Below are positions 54,943 to 63,462 of a DNA stretch of 64,000 bases, piece by piece. Source of the DNA: Candidatus Cybelea sp. (GTDB lineage: Bacteria > Vulcanimicrobiota > Vulcanimicrobiia > Vulcanimicrobiales > Vulcanimicrobiaceae); contig JBEKMH010000014.1 of NCBI GenBank assembly GCA_050008615.1, positions 8,107 to 72,106 on the forward strand, written 5' to 3'. The notes under the pieces were generated by a model. That model was not told where the DNA came from. It did no database searches and was given only the letters and a program-made list of their open reading frames with translations. A program made the translations under genes and the position numbers. Position 1 is the first letter of the stretch. Every line of letters begins with the position of its first letter.

Positions 54943-55851
54943 ATGCAACTGCGGGAGATCGCCCCGGAGATTTACGCACGCGACGTTCTGCCGCTGACGG
55001 CTCCGCTTTGGGCCGGACGGCGCAGCTTCGACGTCTATGTGGAGCAAACGCTGGAAACTGCGCGCAGCGGCTACGGGCGCCGCCACTATCGGACGATCGG
55101 GCTCTTCGACGGCGCAACGCTGGTGGCGTCGTTTAAGCGCTACGAGCGTTTGATTCGCGACGGGGAACGGCAACTTCACGCTATCGGTTTCGGCGCCGTC
55201 TATACGCCGGCGGAGTTTCGCGGCCGCGGCTATGCCAGCGTGATGCTCGCGGCGGAGCTCGATCGCGCGCGAAAGGCGGGCTGCGCGCTGGCCTACCTCT
55301 TCTCCGATATTCGGCCGCAGTTTTAAAGCGCGTTGCCGGCGCAACGCGTGCGCCCCACTGCGCTTGCGCCCGGAGATTGGAACGGCGTGCGGCGCTGTTT
55401 TGCGTCCAGCGAACCAGAGCGTCCCTACGGCTTCGAGCGGAGTCAATCCGTGTGGGGGTGGATTATGATGCGAATCAAGCACGGATCGGAGCACGCGGCG
55501 GGTCACGAGTTCAACCTGGTCGTGCGCCGGGGTCGCGGCGTCTGCGCCTACGTCCTCGGCGCGCGCGTTCCGGAGCGCGACGCGTACGTTGTGGACGAAT
55601 ACGGACATGCCGACGAGGACTCCGCCGCGCTGATCCCGGCGCTGCTGCGAGCCGCGGCCGGGGACCTGCGCCGAATTATTGGGTGGCTGCCGCCGGCGGG
55701 TCCTCGCGATCTGCTGCCCAAGGGCACGACGCGCAAACGAACGCGCTCAACCCTCATGATGGTGACGCTGCGCCCCGATGGGCGCCGCCTGGTCGACCGC
55801 GTGCTAGCCGAGCGCGGCGGCGACCTTTGCTGGGCAACCGAGCACATCTGA
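54943..55851 (+). pseudogene. GNAT-family N-acetyltransferase interrupted by an in-frame TAA (55324..55326)
   Basis: The N-terminal ORF (54943..55326) carries the acetyl-CoA motif RGRGYASVML and ends ...FSDIRPQF-stop. The ORF 55333..55851 continues in the same frame two codons later. Confidence 0.6.
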
Positions 55852-55912
55852 TGCAGTAGGCCCGCCCGGCGCCCTCGAAGTTACGCTGCCGTTGGCGACT
55901 CGTAGGAGATGG

Positions 55913-57226
55913 ATGATGGTGAGACGCGTTCCGATTGGTGGCGCCATTGCGCTAAGCATCGTCCTGGCGGCCGGATGCTCACCCGGCGCCCAAAACTCGC
56001 TGCCGCAGAGCCCAGCCCCCGACCCCCTTGCGGGCGCACATCTCAACGGGCTTGGTAAGATCAAACACGTCGTTTATGTCATGCAAGAAGGGCGCAGCTT
56101 CAACACCCTCTTCGAGGGCTACCCGGGTGCGAACACGGTTTCTTCCGGCGAGTTGTCGAGCGGCGAAACGATTGAGCTCCAACCGGTTCGGTTGAAGGAG
56201 CGCATAACGGTGGAAGATTCCGCCGACGCGATGTTCGAAGCTTGCAACGGCACGGGGGAACTGCCGGGAACCCACTGCCAAATGAACGGTTTCGATAAGG
56301 AAGAGGCGCTAGGCCCGAAGCACCTCCTTTATCCGCAGTACGTTTACGTCAGCCATCGAGATACCAGACCGTACTTCGCGATGGCGCGCGAATGGGTGCT
56401 CGCCGATAACATGTTTGCTTCGCAGTTAGACAGCTCGTTCATCGCCCATCAGTACTCGATTGCGGCACAGGCGGACAAGGCGGTTAACCTTCCCGACGGC
56501 GGCGCGTGCGGGACCGGCAGCCAAATCGAAACGCTCAGCAAGAGACGCGTCGTGAAGGGCGTTGAGCCGGCGTGTTTCAGCTACGCGACGCTCGGCGGCG
56601 AACTCGACGAAGCCAAGCTGTCGTGGCGATACTATACCGTCGGTAAATACTTCGACGAGTCACCATACTCGTACATTAAGGGATTCTTCGAGGGCGCCGG
56701 CGCGCGCAAGCATATCATTGCGCCCTCGACACGGTTCCTGTCGGACGTTAAGGCCGGCAAGCTTGGCAGCGTTACGTGGCTCGAGCCGCCGAATTGTGGG
56801 GATTCCGACGATGGCCGCTGCGGTGGCGGCAATGGTCCCGCGTGGATCGCCGCGGTCGTCAACGCAGTCGGCGAGAGCAAGTTTTGGGATTCGACCGCAA
56901 TCTTCGTCCAGTGGGACAACTGGGGCGGATTCTACGATCCGGTCGCGCCCAAGTACAAGGACTTCGACGGCCTCGGCTTCCGCGTACCGCTGCTCGTGAT
57001 CTCGCCCTACGCCAAGCAAGACTTCGTTTCGCACGTTCCGTACGAAACGGCCGGCGTTCTGCGCTTCATTGAGGACCTCTACGGACTCGACCAGATGGCG
57101 GCGGCCGATAAGCGAGCCACGTCGCCGGCCGCTGACTGCTTCGACTTCAACCAGCAGCCGCGCAAGTTCGTTCCGATCAAAGCGCCCGAAGGAATGGACT
57201 TCTTCTTGCATCAAGTGGGTAGCTGA
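55913..57226 (+). CDS. Phosphoesterase-family lipoprotein (PF04185-like), paralog 3
   Basis: Lipobox LAAGC. HVVYVMQEGRSFNTLF (Gly where paralogs have Asn), VNAVGESKFWDSTAIFVQWDNWGGFYDPV, GFRVPLLVISPY. AGGAGA precedes ATG 55913/55916; the ORF opens at TTG 55892. Confidence 0.85.
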   Translation: MMVRRVPIGGAIALSIVLAAGCSPGAQNSLPQSPAPDPLAGAHLNGLGKIKHVVYVMQEGRSFNTLFEGYPGANTVSSGELSSGETIELQPVRLKERITVEDSADAMFEACNGTGELPGTHCQMNGFDKEEALGPKHLLYPQYVYVSHRDTRPYFAMAREWVLADNMFASQLDSSFIAHQYSIAAQADKAVNLPDGGACGTGSQIETLSKRRVVKGVEPACFSYATLGGELDEAKLSWRYYTVGKYFDESPYSYIKGFFEGAGARKHIIAPSTRFLSDVKAGKLGSVTWLEPPNCGDSDDGRCGGGNGPAWIAAVVNAVGESKFWDSTAIFVQWDNWGGFYDPVAPKYKDFDGLGFRVPLLVISPYAKQDFVSHVPYETAGVLRFIEDLYGLDQMAAADKRATSPAADCFDFNQQPRKFVPIKAPEGMDFFLHQVGS

Positions 57227-57414
57227 TGGACGGAGAACGGTTACAGGACGCCGAGGAGACGATCGCTCCCGACGTCGCATCGCGGCGCGACGAGCCGATC
57301 GATCCCGCCGAAGCGGTGCGCCGCGAGCGGGAAAAATACGGCGAGAACAGTTCGAACCCAAACCGCGACGACCAGTGGGACGAGCACCACGGCCAACCAG
57401 ACGACATCGTCTAA
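57226..57414 (+). CDS. Possible small acidic protein (62 aa)
   Basis: The ATG shares one base with the upstream TGA, suggesting translational coupling. Highly acidic, low-complexity sequence. No family recognised. Confidence 0.3.
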   Translation: MDGERLQDAEETIAPDVASRRDEPIDPAEAVRREREKYGENSSNPNRDDQWDEHHGQPDDIV

Positions 57415-57433
57415 CGGCGCCTAGCGAGTAGCA

Positions 57434-57460
57434 AAGGGCCCCGTCAACGACGAGGCCCTT
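57434..57460. terminator. Hairpin between convergent genes (possible bidirectional terminator)
   Basis: AAGGGCC-N13-GGCCCTT, with an alternative AACGAC-N9-GTCGTT pairing. Lies between 57414(+) and 57467(-). Confidence 0.45.
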
Positions 57461-57466
57461 GTCGTT

Positions 57467-58018
57467 CTACATCGACTTCGTGCAGTTGATCGTCGTGTTC
57501 GTCGTGTGACCCTGAGCGTCGGTGCCACTGGAAGCGTCGGTCGTCGAAGTGTCGCTGTTCTTCGTGGTGACGTCGGTTCCGGAGCTGCCGTCGAGGCCCT
57601 TGGTGGTCCACGTCATCGTGTTACCCTGCCAACCCGGTGAAGTGCTCGTAAAATAGGCGCCCGAGCTATCGACGCCGGTCTGGACCCACATCTTGGTCGT
57701 CGGATCGTAACCCGTGTACGTCGTGGATGTGATCGAATACGTACGGTATTTGTCAAATGGCGGAGCGGTGTCTTGCGTGACCATCCACATCCCGTCCATT
57801 CCCATGGTCGTGTCGCTGGTGTCCGGGCGCTTCGATCCACGCAGCATCTGCGTGCAGGTCCACGAGCCCATCAAGAAATTCAGCGAGGAAAAATCGGGCT
57901 TTGCCGCCGGAACCGGGGTGTACGACGGCGCGGGTTGGGCCGACGAAACCGCAGGGACGACTGCGAATGCGACAATAAGAGCGATAGCGCTAAGCACTAT
58001 GGAGGCGATGTGCTTCAT
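57467..58018 (-). CDS. Hypothetical secreted protein, 'GSWxC' family (paralog of 61887..62405), Ser/Thr-rich C-terminus
   Basis: Signal peptide (IALIVAFAVVPAVSSA). FLMGSWTC, YDPTTKMWVQT, WQGNTMTW. Ends with C-T-K-S-M. Confidence 0.6.
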   Translation of the reverse strand: MKHIASIVLSAIALIVAFAVVPAVSSAQPAPSYTPVPAAKPDFSSLNFLMGSWTCTQMLRGSKRPDTSDTTMGMDGMWMVTQDTAPPFDKYRTYSITSTTYTGYDPTTKMWVQTGVDSSGAYFTSTSPGWQGNTMTWTTKGLDGSSGTDVTTKNSDTSTTDASSGTDAQGHTTNTTINCTKSM

Positions 58019-58150
58019 TAACTAGTTACCTTTCAATGGAGTTTGCCCCGGAATGCCGGGGCTACCTCGGTTCAACGGCAAGGCGAGCGCTACCTCGGAA
58101 TGCGTACAGGCGTGAAGCGAAGCGAGGCGGACGTGGAAGCGTTAGCTTGC

Positions 58151-58465
58151 TTAGCGTTCAGTGATATTGAAGACCAGACCGAAACGATCGCGCAGATATA
58201 CTCGCGGCACCGACGGGTCCTCTTCGACGACTTCGCACCCCGCCGCAATCAGCCGACTCTTGGCTTTGCCGAGGGCGTCCACAAAAAACTCGAAGACCGG
58301 CGGACCGGGCTCTCCACGCTCGTAGTACAGCGTTAGCTCGCCGGTATCGAAGCCGACGATTGAATCGGTGTCGATCACGATCGGCAACCCGAGTTCGGCG
58401 CCATAATAGGCTTTGACGGCGCCAAGATCGCGCGCGCGACAAATAACGTCTCTCCCGCTTTTCAT
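58151..58465 (-). CDS. VOC/glyoxalase-family protein
   Basis: ATG 58465 (MKSGRDVI...). VKAYYGAELGLPIV ... VEEDPSVPRVYLRDRFGLVFNI. The longer ORF to 58525 would overlap the divergent neighbour. Confidence 0.6.
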   Translation of the reverse strand: MKSGRDVICRARDLGAVKAYYGAELGLPIVIDTDSIVGFDTGELTLYYERGEPGPPVFEFFVDALGKAKSRLIAAGCEVVEEDPSVPRVYLRDRFGLVFNITER

Positions 58466-58519
58466 GCCGGGAGGGTCGTATAGGCGCGCGCCAGAAGGCG
58501 CCGCGGCGGAGGCGGCAGC

Positions 58520-59458
58520 ATGCAAAAGCGTTCCTCGGTCTTCACGGTTACGACCCTTCTCTTCGGTGGACTGCTCGCGACGATCGCCGGTTGTTCTTCT
58601 GCTCCGGGCGCCAACTCCATTGGTCCCGCACTACCGCTTAGCGAAAAAGTCCCAAACGGTGGCGACCTTTTCGTTTCAAATTTCTACGCTTCCGAGATCG
58701 TGATTTACGCTGCCAACGCTGAAAACCCCGAGCCGTCCGGCACGATATCCGACGGCGTTTCCTATCCGTACAACCTTGCCGTCGACCAAGCCGGCACGCT
58801 CTACGTCCAGAATAACAACAACACGATTACCGAGTATCCCGAGGGCGCATCCGAGCCGGCCAAAACGCTCACCGAGCCGAAGGCCGGAATCGGAACCGGT
58901 ATCTGCGTCACCGTGGGAACCGACAGCACGGTCTACGCCGCCGATCACTACGTGGGGCAAGTCTACGAGTTCAAGAACGGCAGCGGATCTTCCAGCACGA
59001 CGCTCGACGTCTCCGAGGCCTTCGGTCTCGCGCTCGACAGTCACAACAACTTGTACGTCGGCTGGGCGGACGGTTCGTCCGGTGCCTCAGGCCACGTGAT
59101 GAAGTTCAAGCCCGGCGCCACTAGTGGTAAAGATCTCGGCATCACGGTGAAATCCCAAGGTGGGCTCGCGATCGACTCGCACGACGACCTGCTTCTCGGC
59201 GATCAGGGCAATCAAGTCATCGATATCTTCAAAAAAGGCGCGACGACGCCGTTTCGGACGATCGACACATCGCCATACTATCCGTATCAGTTCGCGTTCG
59301 ATCGCAAGGAGCGATACCTCTATCTCGTGAGCGGCACGCCCGCTGCGGTGTACGTCTACGAATATAAGACGGGTAAGCTCGCGTGGACGGACTCGGAAGG
59401 CCTCAAAGGCTCAGGCTACGCCGAAGGCGTAGCCCTACGTCCGGCCGCAAAACCATGA
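58520..59458 (+). CDS. NHL/beta-propeller repeat lipoprotein
   Basis: Lipobox TIAGC. Repeated blades (YPYNLAVDQAGTLYVQN, AFGLALDSHNNLYVG, QGGLAIDSHDDLLLGDQGN). Confidence 0.7.
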   Translation: MQKRSSVFTVTTLLFGGLLATIAGCSSAPGANSIGPALPLSEKVPNGGDLFVSNFYASEIVIYAANAENPEPSGTISDGVSYPYNLAVDQAGTLYVQNNNNTITEYPEGASEPAKTLTEPKAGIGTGICVTVGTDSTVYAADHYVGQVYEFKNGSGSSSTTLDVSEAFGLALDSHNNLYVGWADGSSGASGHVMKFKPGATSGKDLGITVKSQGGLAIDSHDDLLLGDQGNQVIDIFKKGATTPFRTIDTSPYYPYQFAFDRKERYLYLVSGTPAAVYVYEYKTGKLAWTDSEGLKGSGYAEGVALRPAAKP

Positions 59459-59459
59459 G

Positions 59460-61550
59460 CTAGAGTCGCTCCGCGAAGTAGTTCACGGTCGCGGTGTCGG
59501 CCGCAAGCCAGGATGCGTAGCGTAAGAAGCCGTGGATCTCGTTGGGAATCACGATCTGTTCGAAAGGAACGCCGGCGACGCGCAAACGCTCGACGAGATC
59601 GACCATCTGTTGGAACTCGACGTTACGGTCATCGTCGCCTTGAATCAGGAGCACCGGTGATTTCCAGGTAGCAATCGCCGAATCGGGTGAGGACTCCCAG
59701 GCGAGCTTCATCATCGCGCGCGTATCGAACTGCTGGTATCGTTTGAGCTGATGCGTGATACCCCACACCGGATTGTCGATGTCGAGCGACCAGTCGTGGA
59801 CGCCGTGAAAGTCGACGCCGGCTTTGAAGATATCGGAGTTGCGCGCCAGGGCGAGCGCGGTGAGGTACCCGCCGTACGAGCCGCCCCAAATGCCAATGCG
59901 CGCGGCATCGACGTGCGGATCGCGCTGCAAAAAGCGCGCGCCGGCGAGGACGTCTTGGTATTCCGCGGCGCCGGTCGGTCCCCAACGCGCCGGGAAGTTG
60001 AAGTCGTGGCCGTAGCCGATGCCGCAGCGATAGTTCACCGATAACACAACGAAGCCGCGGCTCGCGAGGTACTGGTTCACCGCGTACGCGTTGGAGTAGT
60101 AATCCATGTAGTGCCAGTTCAAGAGCATCTGGCGGAACGGCCCGCCGTGGACGAAGATGATGCCCGGATGCTTTCCCCCGCCGCTCGGAAGAAAGAGCTG
60201 ACCGAAGACTTTTTGCCCGTCGGCAGCCGTGAATGAGACTTCTTGGGGCGTGACTAGCTGTGACGACGGGAAGTCGGCCGGCACGAGATTTTCTGTATCG
60301 AGAGCGCGCATCGCATATGGAGGACGACTCATTGCAGGCTCAGCGACGATTGGAGCATGCAGAGTAACGAGCGGCACCATTTTAGCCGACGTGACATTAG
60401 CGGCTATCATTCCGCCATCGAGAGCCACTGGCCCGAACTCGCTGGTCGTGCCAGCTGTCAGCCCGCGCGCTGAAAAATGATCCCCGAAGTGGATCAGGAA
60501 GAGGTGGCGACGATCGTCGTCGCCCGCGTCCGATCCAGTGTTAGCGGCGTAAACGGCCCACTGACGGTCCGGTGCGACCGAAACGTCTTCGACCATGTAG
60601 TTGCCGGCGGTGAGCAGCCGTGCGGCACCGCCGTCTGCCGGCACATCATAGAGGTGTGGCCAGTTATCCCGTTCGCTATTAAAGACGAGACGGTCACCGG
60701 CAATCCACTCTAAGAACGGACCGCCGCCGCTCTGCGGCAGCGAGTCGCGCGACGAGGAGCCGCTGGCCCAGACGCGCTGCGCGAATGACGCGCCCGGCCG
60801 CGCAATCCAAATCTGCCACGGTGTCGGATTCCAGTTCAGCGGGTTGCGCGGCGGACCGCCATCGCCGGGCGCTCGAATGAACGCGATGGTGCCGCCGTCA
60901 GGCGACCAGCGCGGCATGAAGTCCTGCGAGGTGGTCGGCGCGAGGAACTCCAACGCCGTCGCGCCATCGCGATAGACTCCAATGAAGCTATGATCGCCAC
61001 GGTCCGAGACGAACGCCAACGCGCTGCCGTCCGGCGACCAGCGCAGCTCTGAATCCTTCCCACGATCGAAGAACAAGCGTTTTGGCGGAGCGCTGCCATC
61101 GAGCGGCGCGACCTGCACCGCGCCGGAGTCATCCTCGAAGACCACCCGTGTGCCGTCGGGAGAGATTGTGGGCGCGTCGCCGTTGCCGAGCAACTTCGGC
61201 GCGCCGCCTATCGTGGCGACGGACCACACTTGCTCCCGCGGCTCGACCGTGCTCAGCGCGGGATTCGGCTGCAGCGGCACCGGCCAGTTTTCGTCGTGAT
61301 CGCCGCCGCGTACGTAGACAACGTGCGCATCGTCGCCCGAGATCGCGAGGTCGCTCAGCTCCTGACCGTCGTCGCCTACAGAAGCGAAGAGCCGCTTTGG
61401 CGTGAAATCGGGCGCGCGCGCAAACCAGATGCTTCGCACGCCCTGTTGGTCGATCGCGTAGGCAATTGCCTTCCCCTTCGGGTCGCGAACCGGCGCCGAG
61501 GGGAACGGATAGCTTAGTATCTGCGTCAGGGTGAAAGCAGCAATCAGCAC
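59460..61550 (-). CDS. S9-family serine peptidase (prolyl oligopeptidase / DPP-like) with N-terminal TolB-like propeller
   Basis: Propeller repeats (ISPDGTRVVF, WSPDGSALAFVSDR, WSPDGGTIAF). Catalytic GGSYGGY, QGDDDRNV, and His in IPNEIHGF. Confidence 0.9.
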   Translation of the reverse strand: MLIAAFTLTQILSYPFPSAPVRDPKGKAIAYAIDQQGVRSIWFARAPDFTPKRLFASVGDDGQELSDLAISGDDAHVVYVRGGDHDENWPVPLQPNPALSTVEPREQVWSVATIGGAPKLLGNGDAPTISPDGTRVVFEDDSGAVQVAPLDGSAPPKRLFFDRGKDSELRWSPDGSALAFVSDRGDHSFIGVYRDGATALEFLAPTTSQDFMPRWSPDGGTIAFIRAPGDGGPPRNPLNWNPTPWQIWIARPGASFAQRVWASGSSSRDSLPQSGGGPFLEWIAGDRLVFNSERDNWPHLYDVPADGGAARLLTAGNYMVEDVSVAPDRQWAVYAANTGSDAGDDDRRHLFLIHFGDHFSARGLTAGTTSEFGPVALDGGMIAANVTSAKMVPLVTLHAPIVAEPAMSRPPYAMRALDTENLVPADFPSSQLVTPQEVSFTAADGQKVFGQLFLPSGGGKHPGIIFVHGGPFRQMLLNWHYMDYYSNAYAVNQYLASRGFVVLSVNYRCGIGYGHDFNFPARWGPTGAAEYQDVLAGARFLQRDPHVDAARIGIWGGSYGGYLTALALARNSDIFKAGVDFHGVHDWSLDIDNPVWGITHQLKRYQQFDTRAMMKLAWESSPDSAIATWKSPVLLIQGDDDRNVEFQQMVDLVERLRVAGVPFEQIVIPNEIHGFLRYASWLAADTATVNYFAERL

Positions 61551-61886
61551 GCTGCCCTTCTTACGCCGCTGCGGCGACGCGCTCCCCGAGCTTAGACGCG
61601 CGGCGAAGGGGCATCGAGAACGCCACTTCGCCGCAGGCCGACAATACCGAGAGCGAACCGAGCGCCGAGATATGGAGCATTCGCTGGGCTCCGCGGTACC
61701 GCGTTAAATAACATTATGCCACCGAAACCCACCGTTGATATGTTAACGCATGCCGCACGCTTGGTTAAATTTAGGATGTTAGCGCAGGCTTGCTACCGAA
61801 GCTCCGCCTCCTAGGGTAACCGGCAAGCCGCAATCAGGCCCAATCACGGGCCCGGTGCGCGGCAGGCAAGAAAGGTAGGGAGCAAT

Positions 61887-62405
61887 TTGAGGAAAGCATT
61901 CGGTCTTTTTGTCTTAACGATCGCTCTCGGTGCGCCGGCAAGCGCGCAGATGATGAGCGGGGACAGCATGATGGGAATGGGCCCCATGCAATATTACGTG
62001 GGCAGTTGGTCCTGTATGGCCGGTCCGGTCGGACAGCCGCCGAGTAAGGCGACGGCCACGTACACGCTCGATTCGGGCGTCATGCGCGGATGGATCCTGG
62101 TTCCGGCGCAGGGCAAAATGAAGACCGCGTACGCGCTCGAGATCGTCACGGCGTATGATGCGAAAAACCACCGCTTCGTTCAAACGCAGTTGGGCAACGA
62201 TTCCAACTGGTCGGTCGATTACGCCAAGCCCTGGACCGGAAATACCGAGCAGTGGGCGGATCACGCAAACTCCATGCCGCCCCTCGGTCACAGCCAAACG
62301 ATCCGCACGAGTCAGAATCGGTTCGACTTTACGGGCTATGCCACGCTGACGAGCATGAAGCCGGTCTTCAAGGGATACTGCACGCGTACCACGTCTGCGA
62401 TGTAG
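61887..62405 (+). CDS. Hypothetical secreted protein, 'GSWxC' family (paralog of 57467..58018)
   Basis: Signal peptide (LFVLTIALGAPASA). YVGSWSC, YDAKNHRFVQT, WTGNTEQW. Ends with C-T-R-T-T-S-A-M. TTG start preceded by AAAGGTAGGGA. Confidence 0.6.
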   Translation: MRKAFGLFVLTIALGAPASAQMMSGDSMMGMGPMQYYVGSWSCMAGPVGQPPSKATATYTLDSGVMRGWILVPAQGKMKTAYALEIVTAYDAKNHRFVQTQLGNDSNWSVDYAKPWTGNTEQWADHANSMPPLGHSQTIRTSQNRFDFTGYATLTSMKPVFKGYCTRTTSAM

Positions 62406-62408
62406 CCC

Positions 62409-63461
62409 CTAAAACAGGCTGGTTTGGAGAGCGTCGCCTTCCGTAAGGGAGGCGACGCGCGTTCCAAGCAAACGCACCGGCGCCCCTTCGAGCGCGACGC
62501 GTCGCAAACAGAAGACCGCGGCGCGAAAGATTCGGCGGGCGTCGCGCGTCGGCTCGGCAAGATGAGTTTGGCGGCTCACGATCGTAAAGTCGGCGCGCTT
62601 CACCTTTACCGCGACGGTTTGGGCGCTGCTTCCCTCGTGCGTCAGATTTTCAGCAAGTTCTTTGGCTTGGATCCGCAAGAGGTCGATGAGCCGGCTCTCG
62701 TCGCGCACGTCATACTCAAACGTCTCTTCCGTCGAGATCGACTTCGTCTCACGTTCGGGCTCGACGCGGCGCGAATCGACGCCGCGCGCGAGATCGCGCA
62801 CCTCGTGAAACCACGAACCGAACAGTTCGCGCAGCTGGACGTCGTCGAGCGCGGCGAGCTGGCCGATCGTCGTGATGCCGAAGACGTTTAAGCGCGCCTG
62901 CGTTTTGGGCCCAATCCCCCACAAACGCGAGACCGGCATCGGCGCCAAGAATTCTGCCTCTTCTCCCGGGGCAACCGCAAGAAGGCCATCGGGCTTACAC
63001 GAGTCCGAAGCGATTTTGGCAACCATCTTCGCCGTGGCGACGCCCGCGCTCACCGTAAGCTGCGTCGACTCGAAGACCTCGAGGCGAATTGCCGCGGCAA
63101 ATGCGCGCGCTTCGTCGAGCGTCGCCAGGCCGACCGCAACGAAAGCTTCATCCATCGAAAGGCCTTCGACGGCGCGACCGTCCCGGCGAAAGATGTCGAA
63201 GATTTCGTGCGAGATCGCCCGGTACTTTTGCATATTGGGCGGCACCACGATCAGCTCGGGGCAGGCCATGCGCGCCTTGTAGAGCGGGATGGCGGAGTGC
63301 ACGCCGTACGGGCGCGCTTCGTACGACGCGGTGAGCACGACCGCCCGCCGGCTCGAGCCGGCCACCGCGATCGGCTTGCCACGCAGTTCCGGATTGTCGC
63401 GCACCGCGACGCTGGCGTAGAACGCGTCGACGTCGAAGTGCGCGATAAACGTGTGCGTCAC
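62409..63461 (-). CDS. dinB: DNA polymerase IV
   Basis: HFDVDAFYASV, LSMDEAFV, and HhH LWGIGPKT. GTG 63461 gives a canonical-length 350-aa protein. The longer ORF to 63635 reads through a repeat copy and overlaps the upstream gene. Confidence 0.92.
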   Translation of the reverse strand: MTHTFIAHFDVDAFYASVAVRDNPELRGKPIAVAGSSRRAVVLTASYEARPYGVHSAIPLYKARMACPELIVVPPNMQKYRAISHEIFDIFRRDGRAVEGLSMDEAFVAVGLATLDEARAFAAAIRLEVFESTQLTVSAGVATAKMVAKIASDSCKPDGLLAVAPGEEAEFLAPMPVSRLWGIGPKTQARLNVFGITTIGQLAALDDVQLRELFGSWFHEVRDLARGVDSRRVEPERETKSISTEETFEYDVRDESRLIDLLRIQAKELAENLTHEGSSAQTVAVKVKRADFTIVSRQTHLAEPTRDARRIFRAAVFCLRRVALEGAPVRLLGTRVASLTEGDALQTSLF

Positions 63462-63462
63462 T

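Noticed and set aside
55892-55912. Twin-arginine (Tat) signal TRRRWMM at the N-terminus of phosphoesterase paralog 3; PlcH/PlcN-type enzymes are known Tat substrates
   Set aside because: The RRR codons coincide with an AGGAGA Shine-Dalgarno sequence placed 3-6 nt before ATG 55913/55916. The real N-terminus is therefore probably M(M)VRRVPIGG..., an ordinary lipoprotein signal. A Tat route cannot be supported from sequence alone.
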